From assembly GCA_050239825.1 (NCBI GenBank), contig JBFXGO010000044.1:1-17257 (forward strand): a stretch of 17,257 nucleotides of DNA. The letters are read 5' to 3'. A program made the position numbers and the translations under genes. A model generated the notes under the pieces. It was given only the letters and a program-made list of their open reading frames with translations. It was not told where the DNA came from and ran no database searches. Position 1 is the first letter of the stretch. The number at the start of each line of letters is the position of its first letter. Below, one piece after another: positions 1 to 8,400 of this stretch. This stretch comes from a bacterium. GTDB lineage: Bacteria; Hydrothermota; 32-111.

Positions 1-473
1 TTCGGAGACAAGACGGCAAAGAATGTTTCATCCTTTGTGCAATATGCCGCAAAACATTTCTCCTTTCCCCTTACAAAGACAAAATCCTCCTTGTAAGCCC
101 TTGCCGATGACATCACCTTCTGCATTTTTACGCATATACTAAGAAGCGATTTGTCTCCCTCCAAAAACTTCCCGTCAGAGTCAACAACCACATACTTTTC
201 TACAAAGGGTACCTTAGAATAATCCGGCCTCTCCTTTTTCGACTTCTCCACAACTATTGCGATTCTTCCCTTCTTCAGCTTCTTGAAAGATTCTATGACC
301 TTCTCCTTATCCTTAATACCCTTGAATCCTGATGCAGTGACTTCGCCTGCCTTGAATTCAAAGAAGCATGAGTCGTCTCCTTCAAGCATTATTGAACCGC
401 TTGATTTATGCTTTTTAAACTGCTCTAATCTCTTCTCTATATCAAAATCATCCAAACTCAGAACAATTTTCAT
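1..473 (-). CDS. Partial CDS (runs off the left edge): hypothetical protein, probable DUF4388/PATAN-like N-terminal domain plus Roadblock/LC7 (MglB-like) domain
   Basis: Not in the ORF track; translated by hand. ATG at 473-471 overlaps the lepB stop (ATGA). There are 157 codons with no stop: MKIVLSLDDFDIEKRLEQFKKHKSSGSIMLEGDDSCFFEFKAGEVTASGF...SKVPFVEKYVVVDSDGKFLEGD...DFVFVRGKEKCFAAYCTKDETFFAVLSP. The CDS itself is well supported; domain calls are by eye. Confidence 0.75.
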   Translation of the reverse strand, partial: MKIVLSLDDFDIEKRLEQFKKHKSSGSIMLEGDDSCFFEFKAGEVTASGFKGIKDKEKVIESFKKLKKGRIAIVVEKSKKERPDYSKVPFVEKYVVVDSDGKFLEGDKSLLSICVKMQKVMSSARAYKEDFVFVRGKEKCFAAYCTKDETFFAVLSP

Positions 474-940
474 AAGATTTCAAACGGAGTATTGATTTTG
501 TTGATTCCCACTCCCACAATCTTCTTCGTTGAGATAAATCCGAAACTCCTTGAATCTCTGGATCTCCTGAAATTGTCTCCTATCACAAAGATAGAATCAT
601 TTGGAACAATAAATGTGTCGGATTTAACTGCATCGAAAAATAAAAGAGTATCGCCTTCGGTTCCAACGCACCTTTTTAAAAGGCACTCTCCGTCATTCTC
701 AATAACAACAACTCTCCCCTTAAGATAGCCGTTGAATCTTTCCTCATTAAAAAAGGTGAAAAACATCACAAAAGGTTTTTTGACAGCAAACAACACATCC
801 CTTTCATCAAGCGACATCTTCATTGATTCACCGGAGACAATAAAAGGAGAGACCACAAATATTTTTATTGCAATCACAATAATCATGGATTCAATCAGAA
901 TCCGCACTTTATGTTTTATATTTTGGTCAATCCTGTTCAT
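470..940 (-). CDS. lepB: Signal peptidase I (S26), short single-TM form, ~156 aa
   Basis: N-terminal hydrophobic helix; catalytic Ser box VSGESM; catalytic Lys box LLKRCVG; box E GDNFRRSRDSRSFG; directly downstream of lepA. Start placed at ATG 940 (14-nt overlap with lepA) rather than the ORF-track start at 982. Confidence 0.92.
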   Translation of the reverse strand: MNRIDQNIKHKVRILIESMIIVIAIKIFVVSPFIVSGESMKMSLDERDVLFAVKKPFVMFFTFFNEERFNGYLKGRVVVIENDGECLLKRCVGTEGDTLLFFDAVKSDTFIVPNDSIFVIGDNFRRSRDSRSFGFISTKKIVGVGINKINTPFEIL

Positions 941-2720
941 CAATTGAGAGCGCCGCAAGAAATGCTTCCTGAGGTATTTCAACCCTTCCGAGCATCTTCA
1001 TTCTCTTCTTTCCCTCTTTCTGCTTTTCAAGAAGTTTTCTCTTTCTTGTTATATCTCCGCCATAGCACTTTGCAAGAACATCCTTTCTCACCGCCTTCAC
1101 AACCGATTTTGCAATTACTTTAGTACCGATTGCGGCTTGAATGGCTATCTCAAACTGCTGTTTGTGTATTACCTCTTTCAGTTTTCTCGTGAGCTTGTTG
1201 CCGTAAAAAAATGCCTTCTCTTTGGCAGTAATTGAGGAGAGTGCGTCGACCCTGTCGCCGTTTACAAGTATGTCAAGTCTCACAAGGTCGGACTCTCTGT
1301 AATCAATCATCTGATAATCCATCGATGCATAACCCTTGGTGATTGTCTTCAGTTTGTCGAAGAAATCAAATATAACATCTGCCATCGGCATTTCATACTT
1401 TAGAAAGACCCTCTTTTCGGTTATGTACTCTACTCCTATCTGCTTTCCTCTTCTGTCAAGCACAAGCTGCATTATCGGTCCTATGAAATCAGGGGGGGTG
1501 AATATCTCAACCATCAGATAAGGCTCAAAGACAGTCTCATTTCTGGTAATATCAGGCATCTTAGCTGGATTATCAACCAGAATTTCCTCGTTCTTAACTG
1601 TAAAGTACTTATACACCACATTGGGTATTGTTGCTATTATATCAAGGTCGAACTCGGTTTCAAGACGCTCCTGAATTATCTTCATGTGAAGCATGCCGAG
1701 AAAACCGCATCTGAAACCATAGCCCAATGCCTCCGAGTTCTCCTGTATGTAGGTGAATGCGGCATCATTAAGCTTCAATTTTCCGAGAGAGTCCTTCAGT
1801 TTTTCATAATCCTCGCTGTTTGAAGGATAAAAACCCGAGAATACCATCGGCTTAACTTCTTTGTACCCTTTGAGGTGTTCCACCGGAAATGCCTTCAAAG
1901 CAACTGTATCTCCCACATGAATCTCTTCAATATTTCTGATATTGCACACCATATAGCCAACATCGCCAGCCGAAAGAATATCCGTCTCTTTCATTTTGGG
2001 AGTGAAAAACCCCACCTCTGTTACATCAAAAACGGCATTTGTGGACATGAATTTTATAATATCACCCTTCTTGACACTTCCGTCAAAAATTCTTATGAAA
2101 GGTATCGCTCCCTTGTAATTGTCATATATCGAATCAAATATCAGTGCTCTTAAAGGTATGTTTTCATTCTCCGGAGGATGGGGGAATTTTTCAATAATTT
2201 TGTCTATCAGTTCATCCACTCCTGTGCCATCCTTTGCTGATATGAGCATAATATCATTTTCAGAACATCCCAAAAGCTCCACAATCTCCTTCCCGGAAAG
2301 CTCCACATCGGCGGCAGGCAGGTCAATTTTGTTTAAAACCGGTATTATCGGCAGATTGTGCGCCAATGCTTCATTGAGATGGCTTATTGTCTGAGCTTCA
2401 ACTCCCTGAGTTGCGTCAACAAGAAGCACCGCTCCTTCGCATGCGGCAAGCGAACGGGATACTTCATAAGAAAAATCAACATGCCCGGGTGTGTCAATCA
2501 GATTGAACTGCACAGCATCGCCCTTCCAATCAAAATTAAGCCGCACATGATGAGCTTTCACTGTTATGCCGTGTTCACGCTCGACAGACATTGAATCAAG
2601 AATTTGCTCCCTCATATCCCGCTTGTCGAACGAACCCGACAATTCAAGAAGTCTGTCGGAGAGAGTTGATTTGCCGTGGTCTATATGGGCAATAATTGAA
2701 AAATTTCTTATAATTTTCAT
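927..2720 (-). CDS. lepA: Translation elongation factor 4 (LepA), 597 aa
   Basis: IRNFSIIAHIDHGKSTL, DTPGHVDFSYEVSRSL, NKID, GFRCGFLGMLH and C-terminal KCYGGDITRKRKLLEKQKEGKKRMK. Confidence 0.99.
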   Translation of the reverse strand: MKIIRNFSIIAHIDHGKSTLSDRLLELSGSFDKRDMREQILDSMSVEREHGITVKAHHVRLNFDWKGDAVQFNLIDTPGHVDFSYEVSRSLAACEGAVLLVDATQGVEAQTISHLNEALAHNLPIIPVLNKIDLPAADVELSGKEIVELLGCSENDIMLISAKDGTGVDELIDKIIEKFPHPPENENIPLRALIFDSIYDNYKGAIPFIRIFDGSVKKGDIIKFMSTNAVFDVTEVGFFTPKMKETDILSAGDVGYMVCNIRNIEEIHVGDTVALKAFPVEHLKGYKEVKPMVFSGFYPSNSEDYEKLKDSLGKLKLNDAAFTYIQENSEALGYGFRCGFLGMLHMKIIQERLETEFDLDIIATIPNVVYKYFTVKNEEILVDNPAKMPDITRNETVFEPYLMVEIFTPPDFIGPIMQLVLDRRGKQIGVEYITEKRVFLKYEMPMADVIFDFFDKLKTITKGYASMDYQMIDYRESDLVRLDILVNGDRVDALSSITAKEKAFFYGNKLTRKLKEVIHKQQFEIAIQAAIGTKVIAKSVVKAVRKDVLAKCYGGDITRKRKLLEKQKEGKKRMKMLGRVEIPQEAFLAALSIDEQD

Positions 2721-2729
2721 ATGGAGTAT

Positions 2730-2757
2730 ATAATATCATTTTTTTGGCAGATGTAAA
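2730..2757 (-). promoter_or_regulatory. Putative sigma70-type promoter for lepA-lepB
   Basis: Minus strand: TTTACA (2757-2752), 16-nt spacer ending TGA (extended -10 TGn), TATTAT (2735-2730), 9 nt before the lepA ATG. Confidence 0.5.
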
Positions 2758-2771
2758 GAGTAAAGCGGCAC

Positions 2772-2800
2772 TTGACAACTGCGCATATATTATATAATAT
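2772..2800 (+). promoter_or_regulatory. Putative sigma70-type promoter for the GGDEF gene
   Basis: Perfect TTGACA at 2772-2777, followed by TATAAT at 2793-2798 (15-nt spacer) or TAATAT at 2795-2800 (17-nt spacer). Confidence 0.65.
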
Positions 2801-2806
2801 TTAGAA

Positions 2807-3955
2807 ATGCAGAATATCAAGACTGGGGAAAGTTTTTATACGGAGATGAATTATGAGAAGGTTATTTGGCTGATTAACCTGAGATTCATTTTGATTGCAA
2901 TGCTCTCAATAACTTTTGCAATTCTCTACACACTAAAGAGCCCAATAGATTTTTCCGCTCCTTCCAATCTTATATTCGGCTGGATGGGCATCTGCTTTGT
3001 TCTTAACTTCCTTCTTCTTTTGGATATAAATTATTTAAAACAAAAGAAGCACATACTTATTGATGAAAATAACTTCAAATATATCAGTTTCATTCACATT
3101 GATTTCGACATAATCTTCGTGCTTGTAACGATAACACTCACAGGCGGATTGGAGTCACCTCTTGTAGTTCTTCTAATGTACAATATAATAACAACTTCGT
3201 TTATTATACATGACAATTATATTTTTTTCTACACAGCCATAACAATGTTGATGCTCATTCTTTCAAGCTTTAGGTTCGTTCTCCTTCCTGTTTTTCCTTA
3301 CTTGAACGTATCCTTTGAATCGCACATGTATAAGGCTATATTCACCGTTTTTATATTCTCTTTTCTTTCATACCTTTCAAAGTACATCTCTTCAAAACTC
3401 AGCCAGAAACAGGAAGAGCTGAACAATCTCTACGAGAATACATACCGGCTTTCAATCACTGACAGGCTTACCGGCCTTTATGACCAGACCTACTTCAGAG
3501 TGGCGGCATCCGACGCTATTGATATAGCTTTAACAAACAACTACAATTGCGCAATGGTAATGTTTGACATAGACAATTTCAAGGAATTCAATGATACAAA
3601 CGGTCATCTTGCAGGTTCAAGCGCTCTTAAAGAAATTGCGGAGATTATGCGCAAGACTTTCAGAAAGAGCGACCTGTTGGGGAAATACGGAGGAGACGAA
3701 TTCGTAATACTCATGAAGGATGTCGAAGAGGAGTATCTGCCTTTTGTTCTTGAAAGATTCAAAAGACGAGTTGCCGAGCATGATTTCAACCCAAAGACAG
3801 GAAGAGTGTCCACATTAACAATATCCCTTGGCGCTTCTATGTTTCCCAAAAACGGCAATACGGTCGAGAACCTAATAGATAAAGCCGATAAAGCTCTTTA
3901 CAATTCCAAAAAAGCAGGGAAAAACAGGTTATTTATTTTTGATAACGGTAAATAG
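2807..3955 (+). CDS. Membrane-anchored GGDEF dinucleotide cyclase (diguanylate cyclase family; Hypr-type D-to-S signature, candidate 3',3'-cGAMP synthase)
   Basis: About 5-6 hydrophobic helices in aa ~18-195 and a coiled linker. Then TDRLTGLY, FDIDNFKEFNDTNGHLAGS, I-site RKSD (3662-3673), GGDEF (3689-3703), TISLG and ADKALYNSKKAGKN. Alternative start ATG at 2846. Confidence 0.95.
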   Translation: MQNIKTGESFYTEMNYEKVIWLINLRFILIAMLSITFAILYTLKSPIDFSAPSNLIFGWMGICFVLNFLLLLDINYLKQKKHILIDENNFKYISFIHIDFDIIFVLVTITLTGGLESPLVVLLMYNIITTSFIIHDNYIFFYTAITMLMLILSSFRFVLLPVFPYLNVSFESHMYKAIFTVFIFSFLSYLSKYISSKLSQKQEELNNLYENTYRLSITDRLTGLYDQTYFRVAASDAIDIALTNNYNCAMVMFDIDNFKEFNDTNGHLAGSSALKEIAEIMRKTFRKSDLLGKYGGDEFVILMKDVEEEYLPFVLERFKRRVAEHDFNPKTGRVSTLTISLGASMFPKNGNTVENLIDKADKALYNSKKAGKNRLFIFDNGK

Positions 3956-5422
3956 AATCTTCACTATCTCCGGGTCATAGTGTTTCCCGGAATTTTCTTT
4001 GAAGATTTCATCAATATGACTCTCTGTCAATTTGAAAATTGACTTGAAAACATTATACTCACCGGCAATTCTTATAATTCTTGACCCAAGCGGAATCTTT
4101 GTTTCGGCAAGTCCTTCCGGTAAACCTGACCCGTCATAATTCTCGTAAAGATGCCTGATTATATATTGAGCATTTTCAAGAAATACGAGAGGCGCGATTA
4201 TCTCCGCTCCGCTTAATATTGAATCCCTGATGACAGGGAATTTATCTTCATTGAAATAGTTTGACGCCGTAAAAAGCTCTTTGGGGGCCGATGTAAGTCC
4301 GAGAAGGTGGAGAAGTGCGGCATACTGGATGCTCCTTAAATCATCATCCGGCAGATTCATTTTTTTGGCGATCTTAACGGATGTCGATGAAACAGCTTCA
4401 GAGATCTTTTTGAGTCCGGGATGAGCCCTGTTCTCGATTAGCAAAAACGCGATCAAAGACTCAAGATAACTTCTTCTTGAATCCTCAAAAAATTTTGCCG
4501 TGAGAAGTATGTTTGTTATGATGATTCTCACTATTTCAAAGAACAAACTTTTTATTCCGGCGCTTTCCTCGCTTTTTAAATCCATTATGAAGAGACCCAT
4601 AACGATATTTCCCGATGCCAAAGGCACGGTTATGGTCTTATATTCTGTTTTTCCCCTGATTGAGAAGTCCTCATACACTTTTAGATTTGTAAAATACTGT
4701 TTGAATTGATTCTTGCTTATCTTTGTGCCTTCAGGAAATTCCTTTGAAAAATCATGCTCCTTCTTTACAATTAAATTTCCTGTCTTCTCTTCATTTATCA
4801 GAGCGGCCATCGCCTCCGGCTTGAAGATCTCGTCAATTTTCTGGAAAAGATTCATAGAGGATGTTTCGACGGATTTAACCTGCGAAACACTCTCTGAAAA
4901 TTTTTTCAGTTTTTCTATGCCTTCGATAAGATCTTCCAGACTTCTGTCCGCCTCTTCTTTCTGCTTTGTCACAACGTTGTTGGCGTTCATCAATTCATCG
5001 TTGATCTGCTGTATGTCATTGTTCAATCTTTCCTTGTCAAGAAGCAGTTGGCGTTTTTCATAGGCATTCTTCAGAACAAGCATCATAGTATCAGCAGTGA
5101 ATGGTTTTGTCACGAAATCGTAGGCTCCGCTTCTGATACATGAAAGAGCTACATTCAGGTCTATTGTAGCTGCCATTGTTATTATCGGCGAATAAGGATT
5201 GTTTGTTGAAAACTGAGAAATAAAATCCAAAACATTGAAATTATTCAAATTTAAATCCAATATTATTACTGCATATTCATTTCCGTCTATAAATTGTGAA
5301 AATGTCGCGCCATCTGTTGCGATATCAATCTCAAGGTTGTTAGGATTATCGTACTCAACGATCTTCTTAAGAAAATTGGCTACTAAAAGCTCTGAATCGG
5401 CTATAAGTACTTTTTCACTCAT
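3929..5422 (-). CDS. Response regulator: REC + coiled coil + GAF-like + degenerate HD-GYP domain, 497 aa
   Basis: REC: VLIADSE, IILD56, GAYDFVTK106PF. HD-GYP-like C-terminus: YAALLHLLG, IIRHLYENYDGSGLPEGL, IPLGSRII, SGKHYDPEIV. Overlaps the upstream kinase by 8 nt. Confidence 0.9.
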   Translation of the reverse strand: MSEKVLIADSELLVANFLKKIVEYDNPNNLEIDIATDGATFSQFIDGNEYAVIILDLNLNNFNVLDFISQFSTNNPYSPIITMAATIDLNVALSCIRSGAYDFVTKPFTADTMMLVLKNAYEKRQLLLDKERLNNDIQQINDELMNANNVVTKQKEEADRSLEDLIEGIEKLKKFSESVSQVKSVETSSMNLFQKIDEIFKPEAMAALINEEKTGNLIVKKEHDFSKEFPEGTKISKNQFKQYFTNLKVYEDFSIRGKTEYKTITVPLASGNIVMGLFIMDLKSEESAGIKSLFFEIVRIIITNILLTAKFFEDSRRSYLESLIAFLLIENRAHPGLKKISEAVSSTSVKIAKKMNLPDDDLRSIQYAALLHLLGLTSAPKELFTASNYFNEDKFPVIRDSILSGAEIIAPLVFLENAQYIIRHLYENYDGSGLPEGLAETKIPLGSRIIRIAGEYNVFKSIFKLTESHIDEIFKENSGKHYDPEIVKILFTVIKNK

Positions 5423-8400
5423 TTGATTGTTTTGTCGGAAGTGAAATTATGAAAGAGACTCCGTCAGGCATGTTTTGAGCTCTTATTGTGCCGTGATGCT
5501 CCTTTATTATATTGTATGAGATTGCGAGACCAAGCCCTGTGCCTCCGCTTTTCGTAGTAAAGAAAGGTGTAAAGATTTTAGCAAGAAGCTCTTCTTCTAT
5601 CCGCGGTCCGGAGTTAAATACTTCAAGGAGCGTCTCCTTTTCACTCTGGCTAACTATGATTTTAATATTTCCATTTTTATTCATCGCTTGAACTGCATTC
5701 AGAAAAATATTTATCAGCACTTCGACAATTTGTTCTTCATCTATATCAATAAGATGAAGATTATCCGGAATCTCTTTTTTTATGTTTATTCCTGCTTCAT
5801 TTAGCCTGCCCTTAACTATCTCCAAAGCATGCTCTATAACATTGTTTAGATTTGTCTGTGTCACGATTCTTGTCTTTGTCTTAGCAAATGAAGTCATGTC
5901 ATTCACAAGCCTGTCCAATCGTCTTACTTCTTTGATTATCAGGTCTATGGATTCTCCGTAAATCGTATTTTCGTCTCCGAACTGCATCTTGAGAAACTCC
6001 ATTCCGGTGAGTATTCCGGCCAGAGGATTCTTTATTTCATGAGCCATGCCTGCGGCCATCTGTCCCAGAGCGGCAAGATTCTCCTTTGCTTTCAGTTCGC
6101 TTTGAATTCTTTTAATCTCCGATAAATTCTGTATAATGCAGACAATGTCAAGGTTGTTTTTTGTTTTTATCGGTGTAATGCTGATTCCGCAGGGTACAGG
6201 TTCCTTCGATTTCGATATAAGCTCTATTTCCGACCTGAAAATGGGTTTTTCGGATTTAATCACCTTCTGGATTATGTTGTTTTTGTCATTGAAAACTTTG
6301 CGATATTTTTTTCCAAGCACCTCTTTTTCGGAGAATCTGCTTATCCTGGAAAATGTTCTGTTCACATGTTTTATTATTCCATCGCTGTTCATGTAAATTA
6401 CTCCTGAAGGCAGATTCTCCAATATCAGGTTGGACACTTGGCCATCCTTGTCGCTTCCCATGAACTGCTCCAAGGCTATTATCGCCGTATTTGCAAGAGT
6501 TTCCAGAAACTGAGCGTCAGATTCGTTGAAATTGCCGCTCCTTTTATTGTCAACGCATATAACTCCCACTGTCTCTCCTCCGTGAACAAGAGGCACATTG
6601 ACCATGTTGTAAACGGTGTAGACCTTTGACAGATTCGCCATTTTAACAAAATTTTCATCCGTTTTTGTATTGTTGACGATTGCAGACTTTCCGCTTTTTG
6701 CAACATTTCCAGCAACGCCGACTCCTATCTTTATCTTTATGTCTTTTATCTCTTCTATGCTTACTCCAGATGCCGATTTGAAGACAAGGTAATTGCCATC
6801 CCTCAAAAGCAGAGTGGCAATTGAACCGTCGACGATTTCAATCGCGGAAGACAGAAGATAGTTGAAAAAATCCTCAATATTTTTTACATTTGTCAGCTTT
6901 TCGGCGAGTTTGCTTATGATATTGTACTGCTTTATCTTCTTCTCATTCTCTTGAAAAAGAATTGCATTTTCAAACTTCATTCCGAGTTCCTGAATAATCG
7001 CATTGTATGTGTCATCGGAGATTTTATCATTCACTCTGTTTTCATTGCATAGAAGAAGAATATATCTATGATTTTCAGTTATGTTTATAGGAAGTGCTAT
7101 GACCCTGTTCATCTTTTTTGAAAATATCATCATTGCAGTCTTTGAATCTCCGTCAAGGTGAGATGCGGTCTGCAAACTGTCAAAGAACTCTCCGGACATG
7201 TTTTGTCTTCCTTTCAGATAATCTTTAAACTTCTGATCTGCAAAGTAAGTCTCGGAAATCAAGTACCTGCTGCCGGAAACATCGCTTTCATTTTTAAAAA
7301 GAAGAGTCATGTCAGATTTTGTAGTGCTTCCCATTGTAGTTGTGACAATCCTTCTTAAAAGCTGAATATTCAAAACGGTGCGGATACTTGTGAATATCTT
7401 ATAAAGAAACGAAAGTTGTTCGATCTTGTTTTCGGTGTCCATTTGAAGAAGAAGAGATTTCACATAGCTTGAGGAATTATTGGCAATTATTTTCACCATT
7501 TCGAAATCTTCATTTGAAAATGGAGTCTCTCCGTACCTTGTCAGCATCAGAACTCCAACAAATTCACCTTTGAAGTTCACAGGTACGGCTATGGCTGCCT
7601 GACGCCTCTTTTTGTATCCTTTGCTGTACTCCACATTTTTGAATTCAAGCGCATTGTCAAGTATTATCGGCTCGTTGAGTTTTGCCACTGTTCCGACAAT
7701 ACCCTGACCCATTACAAATGTCTTCAGCATCAGCTGTTCTTGGTCCTCTCCGACGGCCGCAACCGCTCTTAACTCATCTTCCTTGCGGGTTTTCACGACA
7801 AAAAAGCATCTGTCTGCCGTTAGCTCTTCCGAAACCATCTCCATAAGATTCCTGAATGTCTTCTGATACTCTTTTGTCTGAGAGAGGACTTTGGATATCT
7901 TTAAAACAAACTCAAGTTTTTTAAGATTCTCTTTTTTCTCCTCATATGAGAATGCTTTGTCAAAAACAATTCCGATGTGATTGAAGAATGCATCAAGAAA
8001 TCCCAACTCGTTCCTCTCCTTTGAAACATCATAAGAAAATTCCAAAATAAAATCGACATAGTGGGTTTTATTGAAAATCACAGGCACAAGAACCACAGAT
8101 TCGTTTTTTGTGCTTGAAGAGACTTTCATCAGATCATTTTTTTCAGAAAATATTTTCACCTGACTCACATTCAGAGACTTGAGATGGTGCAGACCTGCCA
8201 TTGTTTTAATGTCCTGGCAAAGAGCCATATCCTTCGCTTTGTATTCGTATATTCTGTCATTCATCTTGTTAATTATAAATAATTTGTTGAATGACAGATG
8301 TTCGCTTAAATATTTGGAGATGCTTGACATCAGAGGATTGATTTCGATCGTTTCTGTAAGAATCGCATTTAGGTCATTGACCACTTCACTCTTCTTCTGC

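Noticed and set aside
1..473. rnc or rnhB as the gene after lepB
   Set aside because: The translation lacks the RNase III (ERLEFLGD) and RNase HII (GxDEAGRG) motifs.
941..982. ORF-track N-terminal extension of lepB
   Set aside because: It lies inside the conserved lepA 3' end and uses a non-ATG start; ATG 940 gives a typical short N-tail before the TM helix.
1492..1498. G7 homopolymer in lepA as a phase-variation tract
   Set aside because: It encodes Thr-Pro-Pro in an intact conserved frame; the G/C runs at 17111-17128 are likewise just the tRNA T-stem.
2721..2806. GEMM-I (c-di-GMP/cGAMP) or c-di-AMP riboswitch near the cyclase or ktr genes
   Set aside because: Intergenic spaces are too short or fully occupied by promoter elements, and no matching structure was seen.
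3929..5422. Calling the regulator an active c-di-GMP phosphodiesterase or a pseudogene
   Set aside because: Metal ligands are missing, so activity is unlikely, yet the ORF is full length with no frameshift or stop.
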